In this document: positions 1 to 11,490 of the stretch, piece by piece | How the letters are laid out: every line of letters starts with the position of its first letter | Position numbering within the stretch: position 1 is the first letter of the stretch | Origin: Octopus vulgaris | Lineage: Eukaryota | NCBI GenBank assembly: GCA_951406725.2 | Contig: OX597839.1 | Span: 28,830,001-28,894,000 of the forward strand | DNA length: 64,000 nucleotides | Reading direction: 5' to 3' | Made by a program: the position numbers and the translations under genes | The notes under the pieces: model-generated | Database searches by the model: none | The model's input: the letters and a program-made list of their open reading frames with translations, nothing else | Told to the model about the DNA's origin: nothing

Positions 1-17
1 ATATAAATATATATATA

Positions 18-563
18 CAAGAGCCAAACGCCCCCCCCCGTCCAATGGACGGTGCTGAGTTGTCAAACATTTAAACCAAATTTTCTCAAAACAACTTGTC
101 CAACTGTCCCATAGGCCTCCCCTTTGAGAAACTGATTTAACCTTAAATTTGAGACACCAGCGAAAGAAGAATTTTTTTTCTATTCCAAAGGAAAACGATT
201 TTATTCACACAAATACGCAACCGAAGAGTTTAAAGTACCAGTAATGATAAGGCTGTTGACTGGGAGAACACAAACATGGTTTAAACTGTAAGCTTGGCAG
301 GGAAGAAACGTGCCATTAAGCAGTACAAAAACAACAAAAATAGAAGGTGCAGTTATGTACAGGTTGACAGAAGAAAAGGAGGACAAAAACGGCTTTATCG
401 ATCGCATTCTCACCTGGAATCGATTTTTGTAATTTTTTCAAGACTTATACACGCCCTGATACCGTCGGTATCTACATATCAAATTTGAGCGCAACGGATG
501 GAGGGTACCCGAGATCCTAGAAGACACACACGCAGACAGACGGAACGGATTTTATATAATACA
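18..563 (-). mobile_element. Non-autonomous Helitron-like element
   Basis: On the minus strand it starts TGTATTATATAAAATCC with a GTCT tract. It ends with hairpin CCGTCC-ATT-GGACGG followed by CTTG|T, a variant of the CTRR end. Confidence 0.55.
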
Positions 564-799
564 TTAAGAAGGAAAATAGCGTGATGAATTTGTTTTATTA
601 CATAATCCTACCATTGCTTCAAAGTTATTTTAACTGAAGAGTATTGTTACATTATTTATTATATAACATTGAAACAAAGCCTTTCCTCCGTATTGTTATA
701 CAATTACTGCTGCAAGAGAATCGCTTCAAGAGGTTTGTGTAAATCACGTCAAAACGAATTACTCGGTCCATTCTCCTTCTTAAATATTTATGTAAACAA

Positions 800-960
800 G
801 CGCGGTGAGCTTGGCAGAATCGCTAGCACGTTGTTCGACATGTTTAGCGGCCTTTCGTTCTGGTTGCAAATGCCGCCGAGGTCGGCTTTGCTTTTCATCC
901 TTTCGGGATCGATAAAATAAAGTACCAATTGGGCAATGTGGTCGATGTAATCGACATCAT
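800..960 (+). mobile_element. SINE family B (GAGCTGGCAGAATCG head), partial
   Basis: Head plus the central block CTTTTCATCCTTTCGGGATCGATAAAATAAAGTACCA, shared with many other copies in the window. Confidence 0.7.
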
Positions 961-1087
961 ATCTGAAACCAAATTTCATATAAAACTCTACGAATTTTGA
1001 CATATATTATTAGTAAAACTAGCCGTTTCCTTTGCGTGATTGTATCTGACAGTCGATATCAGGTAGAAACCGGATGCATAATATACG

Positions 1088-2720
1088 TATTGTATTGTAT
1101 TGTATTGGCATCCTTTCTGTCTCGGGAGACAATGGAGTTGCGCATGTTTTTTTGTTTTTGTTTTTTGTTTTTTTGTAGTCTAGTCCGGCTTTTACATTTC
1201 ATGTCCTGGTACATTTCCTGCTGTGGCTGTGTAGTCCTATCCTGGACAAACACTCCCTCTTGCAGGTACCGCAAATGTAGTGAAGACTGTTCCTGGCTGG
1301 TTGTAGTGCCATAGTCTCTTGTTTACGTCTCTTCCTTTCTTTCCATTTCTCCTCTCTCTCTCTCTCACTCCTTTGTATTCCCTCTTTTACTGTACGTCGC
1401 CATTCTCCACGGTTGCCGGCAACTGCCTCCCAACCGCTAATATTGATGTTGCAGGCCTTCATGTCCCTTTTGCAAACATCCCTGTAACGTAAGATCGGTC
1501 TACCCACAGACCTAGTACCCCTAGCAAGCTCTCCGTAGAGTATGTCCTTGGGGATTCTGCCATCTTTCATACATCTAACATGCCCAAGCCATCTCATACG
1601 TCTTTGTGTGAGGAGTGCAAACATGCTTGGCTGAGGACATCTTTGTTGGGGATATGATTCTGCCATTTGATGCGGAGGATTTTTCGGAGGCAGCGCAGGT
1701 GAAAGATGTTTAGGCGACGCTCTTGGCGTGTGTATAGCGTCCAGGTCTCGCTTCCATACAGTAGAGTGCTGAGTACACATGCCTAGTAGATCTTCATTTT
1801 CGTGGTCTTGGTCAGCTTACCGAGTCAAAAGCCTTTGTTAGATCAATGAAAGCCATATATAATGGCATTTTCTGCTCTCTGGACTTCTCCTGAAGTTGGC
1901 GTATGGAGAATATCATATCGATAGTTGATCTGCTTCTTCTAAAGCCACACTGCGATTCCGGATAGATTCGAGAAGCAAGTAGTTGTAGCCTGGCCAGGAT
2001 AACGCGGGCAAAGGTCTTTCCAACAGTGCTTAGAAGGGATATACCACGGTAATTGTTACAATCACCACGGTCACCTTTGTTTTTGTAAAGCGTAATGATG
2101 TTGGCATCCCGCATATCCTGAGGGACTGTACCCTCTTCCCAGCACTGACACAGAAGCTCATGAAGGTGCCGAAGCAGGATGGTGTTTTTGCCGGCTTTGA
2201 TGATCTCTGAGGGGATGCCGTCTTTTCCCGGAGCCTTATTTCTTGCTAGGGAGTCAACAGCCTTGGTGAGCTCTGCCATAGATGGCGGACTGTCAAGTTC
2301 GCACATGACTGGCAAGATCTTGACACTCTCGACTGCAGCCTCAGCCACTGTGGTCTCCCTTGAGTAGAGATCCTGGTAGTGCTCCACCCATCTATCCATT
2401 TGCTTGCCTTGATCCCTGATGAGATCTCCAGTAGTTGATTTCAGAGGGGCTGACTTGGTTGCGGATGGACCGAGGGCCTTCTTCAAACCGGCATACATCC
2501 CACGGGTGTCGCCCCTGTCAGCAGCAGACTGGATACTCTGACAGATTTCCTGCCAATACCTATTTGCACAGCGTCTGGCTGTCAGTTGGGTTTTATTTCG
2601 TGCCTTTCTGAGTTCTTCGAGTGACTTTGTAGAAGAGTCACTCTTGTATTGCACCAGAGCTGCACGCTTTGCTTCGATAACTGGCTCCAGCTCTGAGAGC
2701 CCAGCATTGAACCAATCTGG
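1088..2720 (-). mobile_element. RTE-clade LINE, 5'-truncated, RT core deleted
   Basis: ORF 1812-2765 has KAPGKDGIP, NYRGISLLS, ESQCGFR and FIDLTKAFDSVS. ORF 1199-1780 has RWLGHV, GRP.LRYRD and a C-terminal CxxC...HxxxC. The 3' UTR has a GTCTC/GAGAC hairpin and an (AATAC)n tail at about 1088-1107. Confidence 0.93.
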
Positions 2721-2773
2721 GAAACCCAGATAATATACGTATATATAATATAATAACACACACATATATATAC

Positions 2774-2936
2774 AATGGGCTTCTTTTCAGTTTCTATCTA
2801 CCAAATCCACTCACAAGGCTCTGGTCGGCCCGTGGCTATAGTGGAAGACACTTGCCCAAGGTCCCATGCAGTATGACTGAAGCTAGAACCGTGTGGTTGG
2901 GAAGCAGGCTTCTTGCTACACAGTCACTCCTGCGCC
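2774..2936 (-). mobile_element. SINE family A (GGCGCAGGAGTGGCTGTGTGG head), 5' half
   Basis: tRNA-like A/B-box head followed by GGCAAGTGTCTTC...GTGAGTGGATTTGGTAGA, matching other copies. Confidence 0.8.
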
Positions 2937-2966
2937 TATTTCTCTCTCTCTCTCTCACTCTCTCTC

Positions 2967-3020
<54 letters not shown>

Positions 3021-3390
3021 CATGGTAAAAATCTTATAATGAATACACAAAACAACCAATAAATACAGGTCACTAACTCCATATCAGTTATCGGCAATTT
3101 CGCGCCTTTAACGATATTATTACCCCACTGGTGTCGCCCTGCAAAAAAAATCGGACCAAAACCTAACATAGACGTGCAAGGGCCTGGATTTGATCCTGGT
3201 CATAAGTGGAGCCCTTATAAGGTGTGACTTCAGTTTGGAGACGATCTGCAGTCCCCGAGAACCAATGAAGGACCTTGAGACATGACGCTTCGTCACCACA
3301 TCTCAGGTTATGTTGCATTGAGCGAGAAAAGTTCGGGAAAAGGGGTGAGGCGATGCATCGACTCCAGTGCTCAACTGGTATTTATCTTAA

Positions 3391-3628
3391 AGGCAGCGAG
3401 GAGTTGGCAGAATCGTTAGCGCGTCTGGCGAAATGCTTAGCGGTATTTCGGCTGCCGTTACGTTGTGAGTTCAAATTCCGCCGAGGTCGACTTTGCCTTT
3501 CATCCTTTCGGGGTCGATAAATTAAGTACCAGTTAGCACTGGGGTCGATATAATCGACTTAATACCTATGTCTGTCCATGTTTGTCCCCTCTATGTTTAG
3601 CCCCTTGTGGGTAATAAAGAAATAGGTA
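3391..3628 (+). mobile_element. SINE family B, full length
   Basis: Head, B-box-like GAGTTCAAATTCC, central GCCTTTCATCCTTTCGGGGTCGATAAATTAAGTACCAG block and tail GTGGGTAATAAAGAAATAGG. Confidence 0.85.
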
Positions 3629-4314
3629 TTTATTTTACCGACTCGGCGGAATTTGAACGCAGAACGCAGAGACAGACGAAATGCCGCTTAGCATTTTGCC
3701 CGGCGTGCTAACGATTCTGCCAGCTCCTCACCTTGCTGTGCTCACGTATCGTCTGCCTTTGTCTCCTTCCGCTACGTTACTCAGTAAGAAAGAGAGGAAA
3801 TAAAACTAACACTGTTACTTCTCTCTGCGTTTTTCTATCAAAGTCTGTAAACTATTCGTCTTCGTGTGCTTCTTTCGGTAGCGATATCTGTATCTCAAGT
3901 TTCTATTTGTCGACTTCCCTGTCTTGTCTGCCCCTGTCTCACTTCTACAATTCCACCCCCCTCTCTCTCTTTCTCTCTCCTATTCAACTTCCTCTCTTCG
4001 GGGTCGTCTGCATTCGTTCGTTCAATTTTTTTAAAAGTAGAAATTGTGCTTAGCAATTCAGAGATTAAAAAGATGTCCCGCATATTTAAAGAAACATATT
4101 GGTTTCAAGTTTTGAATCACACTTCTTTTATCGAACTCGAAATTGATGAAAGACAAAAGTCGACCTCGGCGGAATTTGAACTCAGATCATAAAAACGTGA
4201 AAAAAGCTAAGCGTGTACACGCACGTACGTCACTCCTGCCCCTACATACACACACATACGCACACGCACGCACACACACACTAAGTAAGAATGGAAGAGG
4301 GGGGGGGGCTAAGA

Positions 4315-5516
4315 TACTCTTTTACTTGTTTCAGTCATTTGACTGCGGCCATACTGGAGCACCGCCTTTAGTCGAACAGATCGAATCCAGGAATTACTAT
4401 TTGTAAGCATAGTACTTATTTGGGATCTTTTCCTTTTGAACGGCAGATGTCAACACAATTTCTAGTTAACTAAACACTTTTAAACTTCGGATATTGGTAG
4501 AATGTGACAAAATAAAACATCATTTTTTCTTGGTTTTATTGAGAAAATTCTATATGTTATAACATATTCCCACTTTAAAATCGAGCATTTTGGCAATTTT
4601 AACCAATCGCTCACCTCCATTTGGGGTGAAAAGATTCCGTGCTGTATGAATATGTCCCTCCTTTAAGAAACAGATTGGGTTTATTTACATTTATGAAGAA
4701 AAAAAGATACCCTTCCCCCACCCCTAGCCCTAACCCCACCCTAACCCTAATCCTAAAATAGATTGAAATGCAATAGATCGATACCAGGGCCATAATTATG
4801 GGTGACATTTTCATTTGACACCGCTAGAAAAAAAATCCCATTTTCCGTAGCGGTCTCGTTTGAAATTGTCACCCATAATTATGGCCCTGGTATCGATCTA
4901 TTGCATTTCAATCTATTTTAGGATTAGGGTTATGGTTAGGGGTGGGGGAAGGGTATCTTTTTTTCTTCACAAATGTAAATAAACCCAATCTGTTTCTTAA
5001 ACGAGGGACATATTCATACAGCACGGAATCTTTTCACCCCAAATGGAGGTGAGCGATTGGTTAAAATTGCCGAAATGCTCGATTTTAAAGTGGGAATATG
5101 TTATAACATATAGAATTTTCTCAATAAAACCAAGAAAAAATGATGTTTTATTTTGTCACATTCTACCAATATATACGAAGTTTAAAAGTGTTTAGTTAAC
5201 TAGAAATTGTGTTGACATCTGCCGTTCAAAAGGAAAAGATCCCATATTTGATTGGTCTTTTGCCGAACCGCTAGCTTACGGGGACGTAAACACACTAACA
5301 TCGGTTGCAAAGTGATAGTGGGGGGACAAACACAGACACAAATACATACATATACAACGGGCTTCGTTCAGTTTCCGTCTACCAAATCCACTCACAAGGC
5401 TTTGGTTGGCCCAAGTCTATAGTACAAGACATTTGCCCAAGGTGCCGTGCAGTGGCACTGAAGCCGGGACCATGTGGTTGTGAAGCAAGCTTTTTACTGC
5501 ATATCCACTCCTGCGC
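4315..5516 (-). mobile_element. SINE family A interrupted by a palindromic DNA element
   Basis: The 3' part (4315-4422) and 5' part (5243-5516) are contiguous in uninterrupted copies such as 6574-6971. Confidence 0.85.
4423..5242. mobile_element. Foldback non-autonomous DNA transposon (~820-bp palindrome, GGATC...GATCC termini)
   Basis: Arms of about 400 bp are near-perfect reverse complements. Flanks CTTATTTG / CATATTTG form an 8-bp TSD with one mismatch. Confidence 0.9.
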
Positions 5517-5735
5517 TTATATCGATAAAAGTTTAATGCTCAGGTGCGAGTCCGACAAAATATATAGCGTTTCGGCCGAATTCATCGTCAGGGGAACTGG
5601 ATATCTATAATATTCGCAAAGTAAGATAAGTTTGTGAGGGACAAACAAAGAAGGAAGAGTGAAAAGAAAGAGAGAGAGTGACAGAGAACATAGCCACGCT
5701 TATTAATAGAGTGACGTTGAGCACATACACTTGTG

Positions 5736-6116
5736 GAAGCACTCCGTCGGTTACGACGATGAGGGATCCGGTTGATCCGATCAACGGAACAGCCTGCTCG
5801 TGAAATTAACGTGTAAGTGGCTGAGCACTCCACAGACACGTGTACCCTTAACGTAGTTCTCGGGGATATTCAGCGTGACATAGAGAGTGACAAGGCCAGC
5901 CCCTTAAAATACAGGTACAACAGAAACAGGAAGTAAGAATGAGAGAAAGTTGTGGTGAAAGAGTACAGCAGGGATCACCACCATCCCCTGCCGGAGCCTC
6001 GTGGAGCTTTAGGTGTTTTCGCTCAATAAACACTCACAACGCCCGGTCTGGGAATCGAAACCGCGATCCTACGACCGCGAGTCCGCTGCCCTAACCACTG
6101 GGCCATTGCGCCTCCA
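5736..6116 (-). mobile_element. SINE family C (GTGGAGGCGCAATGGCCCAGTGG head), full length
   Basis: tRNA-like A box TGGCCCAGTGG and B box GGTTTCGATTCC. Body matches 31245-31630 and 41928-42303. Confidence 0.88.
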
Positions 6117-6517
6117 CACACACACACTTACACAGACGAGGAGAGACATACAGACGCACACAATACATTGAAACCCATCTACGGACGGACAAATTTCTTT
6201 ATTACCCAAAAGGGTTTACACAGATGGGGACAATATGGACAGACAGACATACTAAATGTTCACAGACGTACGCTCGCAGAGAGAGAGGGGGGGACTGACA
6301 GTGAGAGAGAAGGAGAAAGCGAGAGAGAAAGGGAGGACATGAAAGAGTTAAAGACTTTAAAAGAGAGAAAGGATGAACATACCGACACCCGGATATATAT
6401 ATAATAATCCCAGGATCAAGGAGTAGGAAGAAAGTTAGCTATGAAACATGTAGCCCGGATTTTATCTGCTCCATTCCTTAACTCTTGTATGTGTGTGTAT
6501 ATATATATATACATATG

Positions 6518-6573
<56 letters not shown>

Positions 6574-6576
<3 letters not shown>

Positions 6577-6971
6577 TCTTTTACTCTTTTACTTGTTTCA
6601 GTCATTTTGACTGTGGCCATGCTGGAGCACCGCCTTTAGTCGACTAAATCGACCCCGGGGTCTTATTCTTTGTAAGCCCAGTACTTATTCTATCGGTCTC
6701 TATTGCCGAACCGCTAAGTGACGGGGACGTAAACACACCAGCATCAGTTGTCAAGCAATGCTAGGGGGACAAACACAGACACACAAACATATATATATAT
6801 ACATATATACGACAGGCTTCTTTCAGTTTCCGTCTACCAAATCCACTCACAAGGCTTTGGTCGGCCCAGGGCTATAGCAGAAGACACTTGCCCAAGGTGC
6901 CACGCAGTGGACTGAACTCAGAACCATGAGGTTGGTTAGCAAGCTACTTACCACACAACCACTCCTGCGCC
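6574..6971 (-). mobile_element. SINE family A, full length
   Basis: Complete head-to-tail match with internal TA microsatellite and GAGTAAAA-type tail. Confidence 0.88.
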
Positions 6972-7168
6972 ATATGTAAATATGATAAAATACAAAATGG
7001 GACAAGAACGCAAAACATTCGGACACAAAACACCCAGATGGACGATACAAAGATACAGGGACGGGTCATTCGAAGCCTTTTATCCTCAGTCAGGAACCGG
7101 ATCATCCTCGCAATACACATACACACACACACGTGTGTGTGTGCATAGATAGATAGGTAGAAAGGCAG

Positions 7169-7225
7169 ACTAGCATACAGATAGGTAGATAGATACGTAG
7201 ATGGATAGACAGACAGACAAATAGA

Positions 7226-7259
<34 letters not shown>

Positions 7260-7260
7260 T

Positions 7261-7297
<37 letters not shown>

Positions 7298-7312
7298 TAG
7301 ATAGATAGATAG
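7169..7312. repeat. (GATA)n/(GACA)n compound microsatellite
   Basis: Seen directly. Confidence 0.95.
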
Positions 7313-7817
7313 AGGGGGGGGATAAAGAGACATTGACTGACAAATAGACAGACAGAAAGGTTGTCTGATTGACAGACATAGAGAGATAAAAACGTTGAGA
7401 AGCTTCAAACAGACCATGTGTATAGAAATGCATTCACACACCGATGGAGACACGGCACATACACTTCGCCACGTGGTGTACATGAACCGCCATAATTAAA
7501 GCTCACCCCCCCCCCTCCGTCTACCTCACTCTTAGACGCAGAGAAAGACAAAGTGAAAGTAGGCAGGCATAACAGCGTTTGTTGCTTTGATGTTGATGTG
7601 AGGCAGACGATATGATGTGGTGATTGTTGCGGTCGTGTTGATATCAGGTTGCTGCTGTTTTTTGTTGCTTTTCAAGCGGCTGCTGTCGTTGTTGTTGTTA
7701 TTGCTTTTGGTGGTGTGTTACTATTGTTGTGGTTCACGTTTCTGTTGCTGCTGCTGTTGTTTTTGTTGTTGTTGTTGCTACTGCTGTGCGAGCAGGCCCT
7801 AATATTAAAAGGTAAAA

Positions 7818-8157
7818 GGCATTCTTTCGATATAACTCGACAAAATCAAAACACTTCACTTCGCGTAATTTCTGTGGAAGCAAATGCCAGTTCGATTCTG
7901 TTTTCTGCTTGGAAATTTGCGGGTTTTACAAACGGCGGTGCACCAGCATGGCCGCATCTCTGAGCTGAAACTAGATTTTTAAAAAAAACAACAAAAAAAA
8001 AACAAAAACCAGGTAAGAACAAATATGCAAGGCTTTTTTTCTTCAAGTTTAAAATGAGACATTGCTGGCATAATTTCGTTATATCTATACTCCACAACCC
8101 ACGGAAATACCCGAAGTGAAATGTCCCGACATTGTCGAGCTATATCGAAGGAATGCC
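7818..8157. mobile_element. MITE with ~60-bp degenerate TIRs and 8-bp TSD
   Basis: GGCATTCTTTCGATATAACTCGACAA... is the reverse complement of ...TTGTCGAGCTATATCGAAGGAATGCC. AGGTAAAA occurs at both 7810-7817 and 8158-8165. Confidence 0.8.
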
Positions 8158-8536
8158 AGGTAAAAAAAACCCTCATATTTTCGACCTCCTTGAAATAGCA
8201 GTCGAATCTCCTACTCCCTCAGAAAATGACACACTGGAGAAGGCCGAACTGAATTTCCTAAGCACCGAAAAAACAAAGTTGTGTGTGTGTGTTAGTGCGC
8301 GTGTCTGTGTGTAAGTTGTGTGTGTGTGTGTGTGTGTGCGTGTGTCTGTTATTTGTATCGACACTAATGTGTTTTTGTTTTGTAGATCTAATTAGTTTCA
8401 TTCACAAAATGAGTCCTCTTTAATTTTGGTGTACCGATGCAACTCTGAATTTTAATTACGATCGAGCAATTACTTCATCTCGTAAATTAAAGCATCTGAT
8501 GTTATTTGGAATTAAAGTTGGGAAATTTGCGTAATT

Positions 8537-8586
8537 TTAGCCAATCAACAGACAACGAGACATTAACAGTTTGTTACCATGACAAC
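8537..8586 (+). promoter_or_regulatory. CCAAT box plus RFX X-box-like motif
   Basis: AGCCAATCA at 8539-8547 and GTTACCATGACAAC at 8573-8586, in non-repetitive TAAT-rich sequence. Motif match only. Confidence 0.35.
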
Positions 8587-8789
8587 CGAACGCCGTGTTG
8601 TGTTTCACTTCATCCGTGTCTGTGCTGCACGTTGTTGTGTTGATTCTTCACACCTTTTTAAAAAAATTCTTTTACTTGTTTCAGTCATTTGACTGCGGCC
8701 ATGCTGGGGCGCCGCCTTTAGTCGAGCAAATCGAACCCTGGATTTATTCTTTGTAAGCCTAGTACTTATTCTATCGGTCTCCTAGTACT

Positions 8790-9047
8790 TATTCCAGGGT
8801 CTCCAGTTTGTTGACGTAAACCCTCTTTTCAGGTATCCTCACAAGAAAAAATCCGGGCTAGTCAAGTCTGGGGAACGTGAAGGCAATGCAAAGTAGACTT
8901 CATGTTGTTTTAGCAATATGGGGTAACTGCTCGTACCTCAAAAGAAACAATGCAGTTGCTATGTCAGTTCTCTGGAGAGAACCTCACGCTATGGCAATGT
9001 CAACTGGAGTTCACGTTCCTCAGATTTGACAGGCCTGGATTTTTTCT
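8790..9047. mobile_element. Two oppositely oriented Tc1/mariner transposase fragments
   Basis: Minus strand reads PSRSPDLTSPDFFL*GYLK. Plus strand reads GNVNWSSRSSDLTGLDFF. Both are decayed WPPRSPDLTPLDFFLWG motifs. Confidence 0.65.
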
Positions 9048-9843
9048 AGCTGTGCCACTATTTCTTTTGTATAATTCTACCTTTACAGTGCTTTATTTGG
9101 CTGGAAAGTGATACTATTGCATTGTAATGATATTTAAAATTTTTATAGAAAACCTTTTCACTGATCTCGGTTGTTAACGGCTAGGCGTTCAGCCGAATAA
9201 ACTGTCAAGATGTAGCGATATTTCAAAATTTCGTCACAGGTGAATCTATATATATATATATATATACATACATATATACCGAAGTAAACACATAAATGTC
9301 CGAACGTGAAACTCCGAGTAACAGGTTTTGTTGAATTTCTGCTGCTTTTAAATAAAGTATATACATATATAACGGGAAGCTTTATGAAAATAAACAAAAG
9401 ACGAAGGCAGGTGGAGTACAAACAAACAATTGTATTAGTATGGCGCTCAGGAATATATATATATATACATATATACATATATATATATATATATGTATGT
9501 ATATGACGGGCTTTTTTCAGTTTTCGTTTACTAAATCCATTCACAATCATTAAATTTACAATAACAACCGTATTTTGTAAAGTCAGAAACTCGGGTCCGA
9601 GATTATCCATTATATATAAATAGGCAAGTTAAGTGAGAGGTTATAACAACCGTCTGAAAGATATTTGGATCCAATGAATCAACTGGTATATTACCTATTT
9701 GCGATTATGAGCATTAGCATTAATGCTCATAAATGATAGGTAATGACAAGACTAAACCGAAGTTTATCAATATTTAAGGAAAACAGAAAATGGAGGTAAA
9801 ATTGATGACTGACAATTTATGTACACCAATTATCATTTATTAA

Positions 9844-10143
9844 TCTATATATATAAAACTGAAGTTGTGTGGTGTCTGTCTCCTACGATTTAGATTCCTA
9901 ACTACTCCCACATTTTGCGGTGCAGTTTAACAAAAAGCGGGTATCTTATAGTCGTGATTCATATCGAGCCCTTCTGGGTATTAGCGTGCGTCTACGATGA
10001 GTCTCCGATTTAAAAGAAAATTACCATCATTTTTTCCATTTTTAATGCATTTTTTTGCTATTATATAAGGGAAGTAACTCTCTAAAAAAGCTTATATAGT
10101 TATTTCCCTTACAAACCCGAGCAACGCTGGGCGATACTGCTAG
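9844..10143 (+). mobile_element. Non-autonomous Helitron
   Basis: A|TC 5' end, subterminal hairpin CCCGAGCAACGCTGGG, CTAG|T 3' end, no TSD. An inverted copy lies at 18571-18878. Confidence 0.9.
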
Positions 10144-10463
10144 TTAGTTATAAAAGAACTAAAGTCGGTCAAAAGTTCCCCATCGGGACAGCATATAATA
10201 TGTATTGATATATCATCGTTTTCTCGCTCTCTCCTTTTTCTTTTCTCTTCTTTTTGTATCTTTTTATTTACTTTTCCGGTCTGATGAAGTTCCGCTATTG
10301 AAATTGGTATAGTTAATTACTTACAATGATAATTATCATTATTATTGTGACGCCAACGGAAACAGCTGTTAAGATGAAGTTTTGTCTTTTTATAACTAAT
10401 TAATCACTGATAATTGGTGTACATCAATTGTCATTCGTCAATTTTATCTCAATTTTCTGTTTT

Positions 10464-10527
<64 letters not shown>

Positions 10528-10960
10528 CAGCACTCCGACGGGGATTCCAGTCGATCCGATCAACGGATCAGCCTGTTCGTGAAATTAACGTGCAAGTGGC
10601 TGAGCACTCCACAGACATGTGCACCCTTAACGTAGTTCTCAGGGAGATTCAGCGTGACACGGAATATGACTAGGTTGGCCCCTGTGAATTGCAACTCATT
10701 TTTGGCAGCTGATTGGATTGGTGCAACATGAAATAAAGAAACTTGCTCAAGAGTCGGCGAGCTGGCAGAAACATTAGCATGCCGGGCGAAATGTTTAGCG
10801 GTATTTCGTCTGTCTTTATGTTCTGAGTTCAAATTCCGCCGAGGTCGTCTTTGCCTTTCGATAAATTGTCGATAAATTAAGCAGCAGTCGATCTAATCGA
10901 CTCCCCACAAAATTTCGAGTCTTGTGCCTAGAGTAGAAATATATATATATACACACACAC

Positions 10961-11420
10961 TTTCATTTGTTTCACTTATTTGACTGCGGCCATGCTGGAA
11001 CAACGCTTTTAGTCGAACAAATCGATCCTAGGACTTATTCTTTGTAAGCCTGGTACGTATTCTATCGGCCTCTTTTGCCGAATCTCTAAGTTACGGGGAC
11101 CTAAATATACCAACATCAGTTGTCGAGCGATGGTGGCGAGACAAAACACACACACACACACAAATATATATATATATACATATATACCGAAGTAAACACA
11201 TACGGGAACGTGAAACTCCGAGTAACAGGTTTTGTTGAATTTCTGCTGCTTTTAAATAAAGTATATACATATATATATATATGTATGTATATGACGGGCT
11301 TTTTTCAGTTTTCGTTTACTAAATCCATTCACAAGTCCTTGCTCAAGGTGCCACGTAGTGGGACTGAACCCGGGACCATGTGGTTGGTAAGCAAGCTACT
11401 TACCGCACAGCCACTTCTGC

Positions 11421-11422
<2 letters not shown>
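10961..11422 (-). mobile_element. SINE family A with internal insertion/deletion
   Basis: Matches family A; extra sequence in the central TA tract. Confidence 0.8.

Positions 11423-11490
<68 letters not shown>

Noticed and set aside
4714-4756. True telomere or chromosome-fusion scar
   Set aside because: Short, degenerate and a fixed internal part of a dispersed MITE.
5560-5600. Minus-strand CUGACGA...GAAAC hammerhead-like motif
   Set aside because: Stem II lacks its 5' strand and stem I does not pair; at most a broken remnant.
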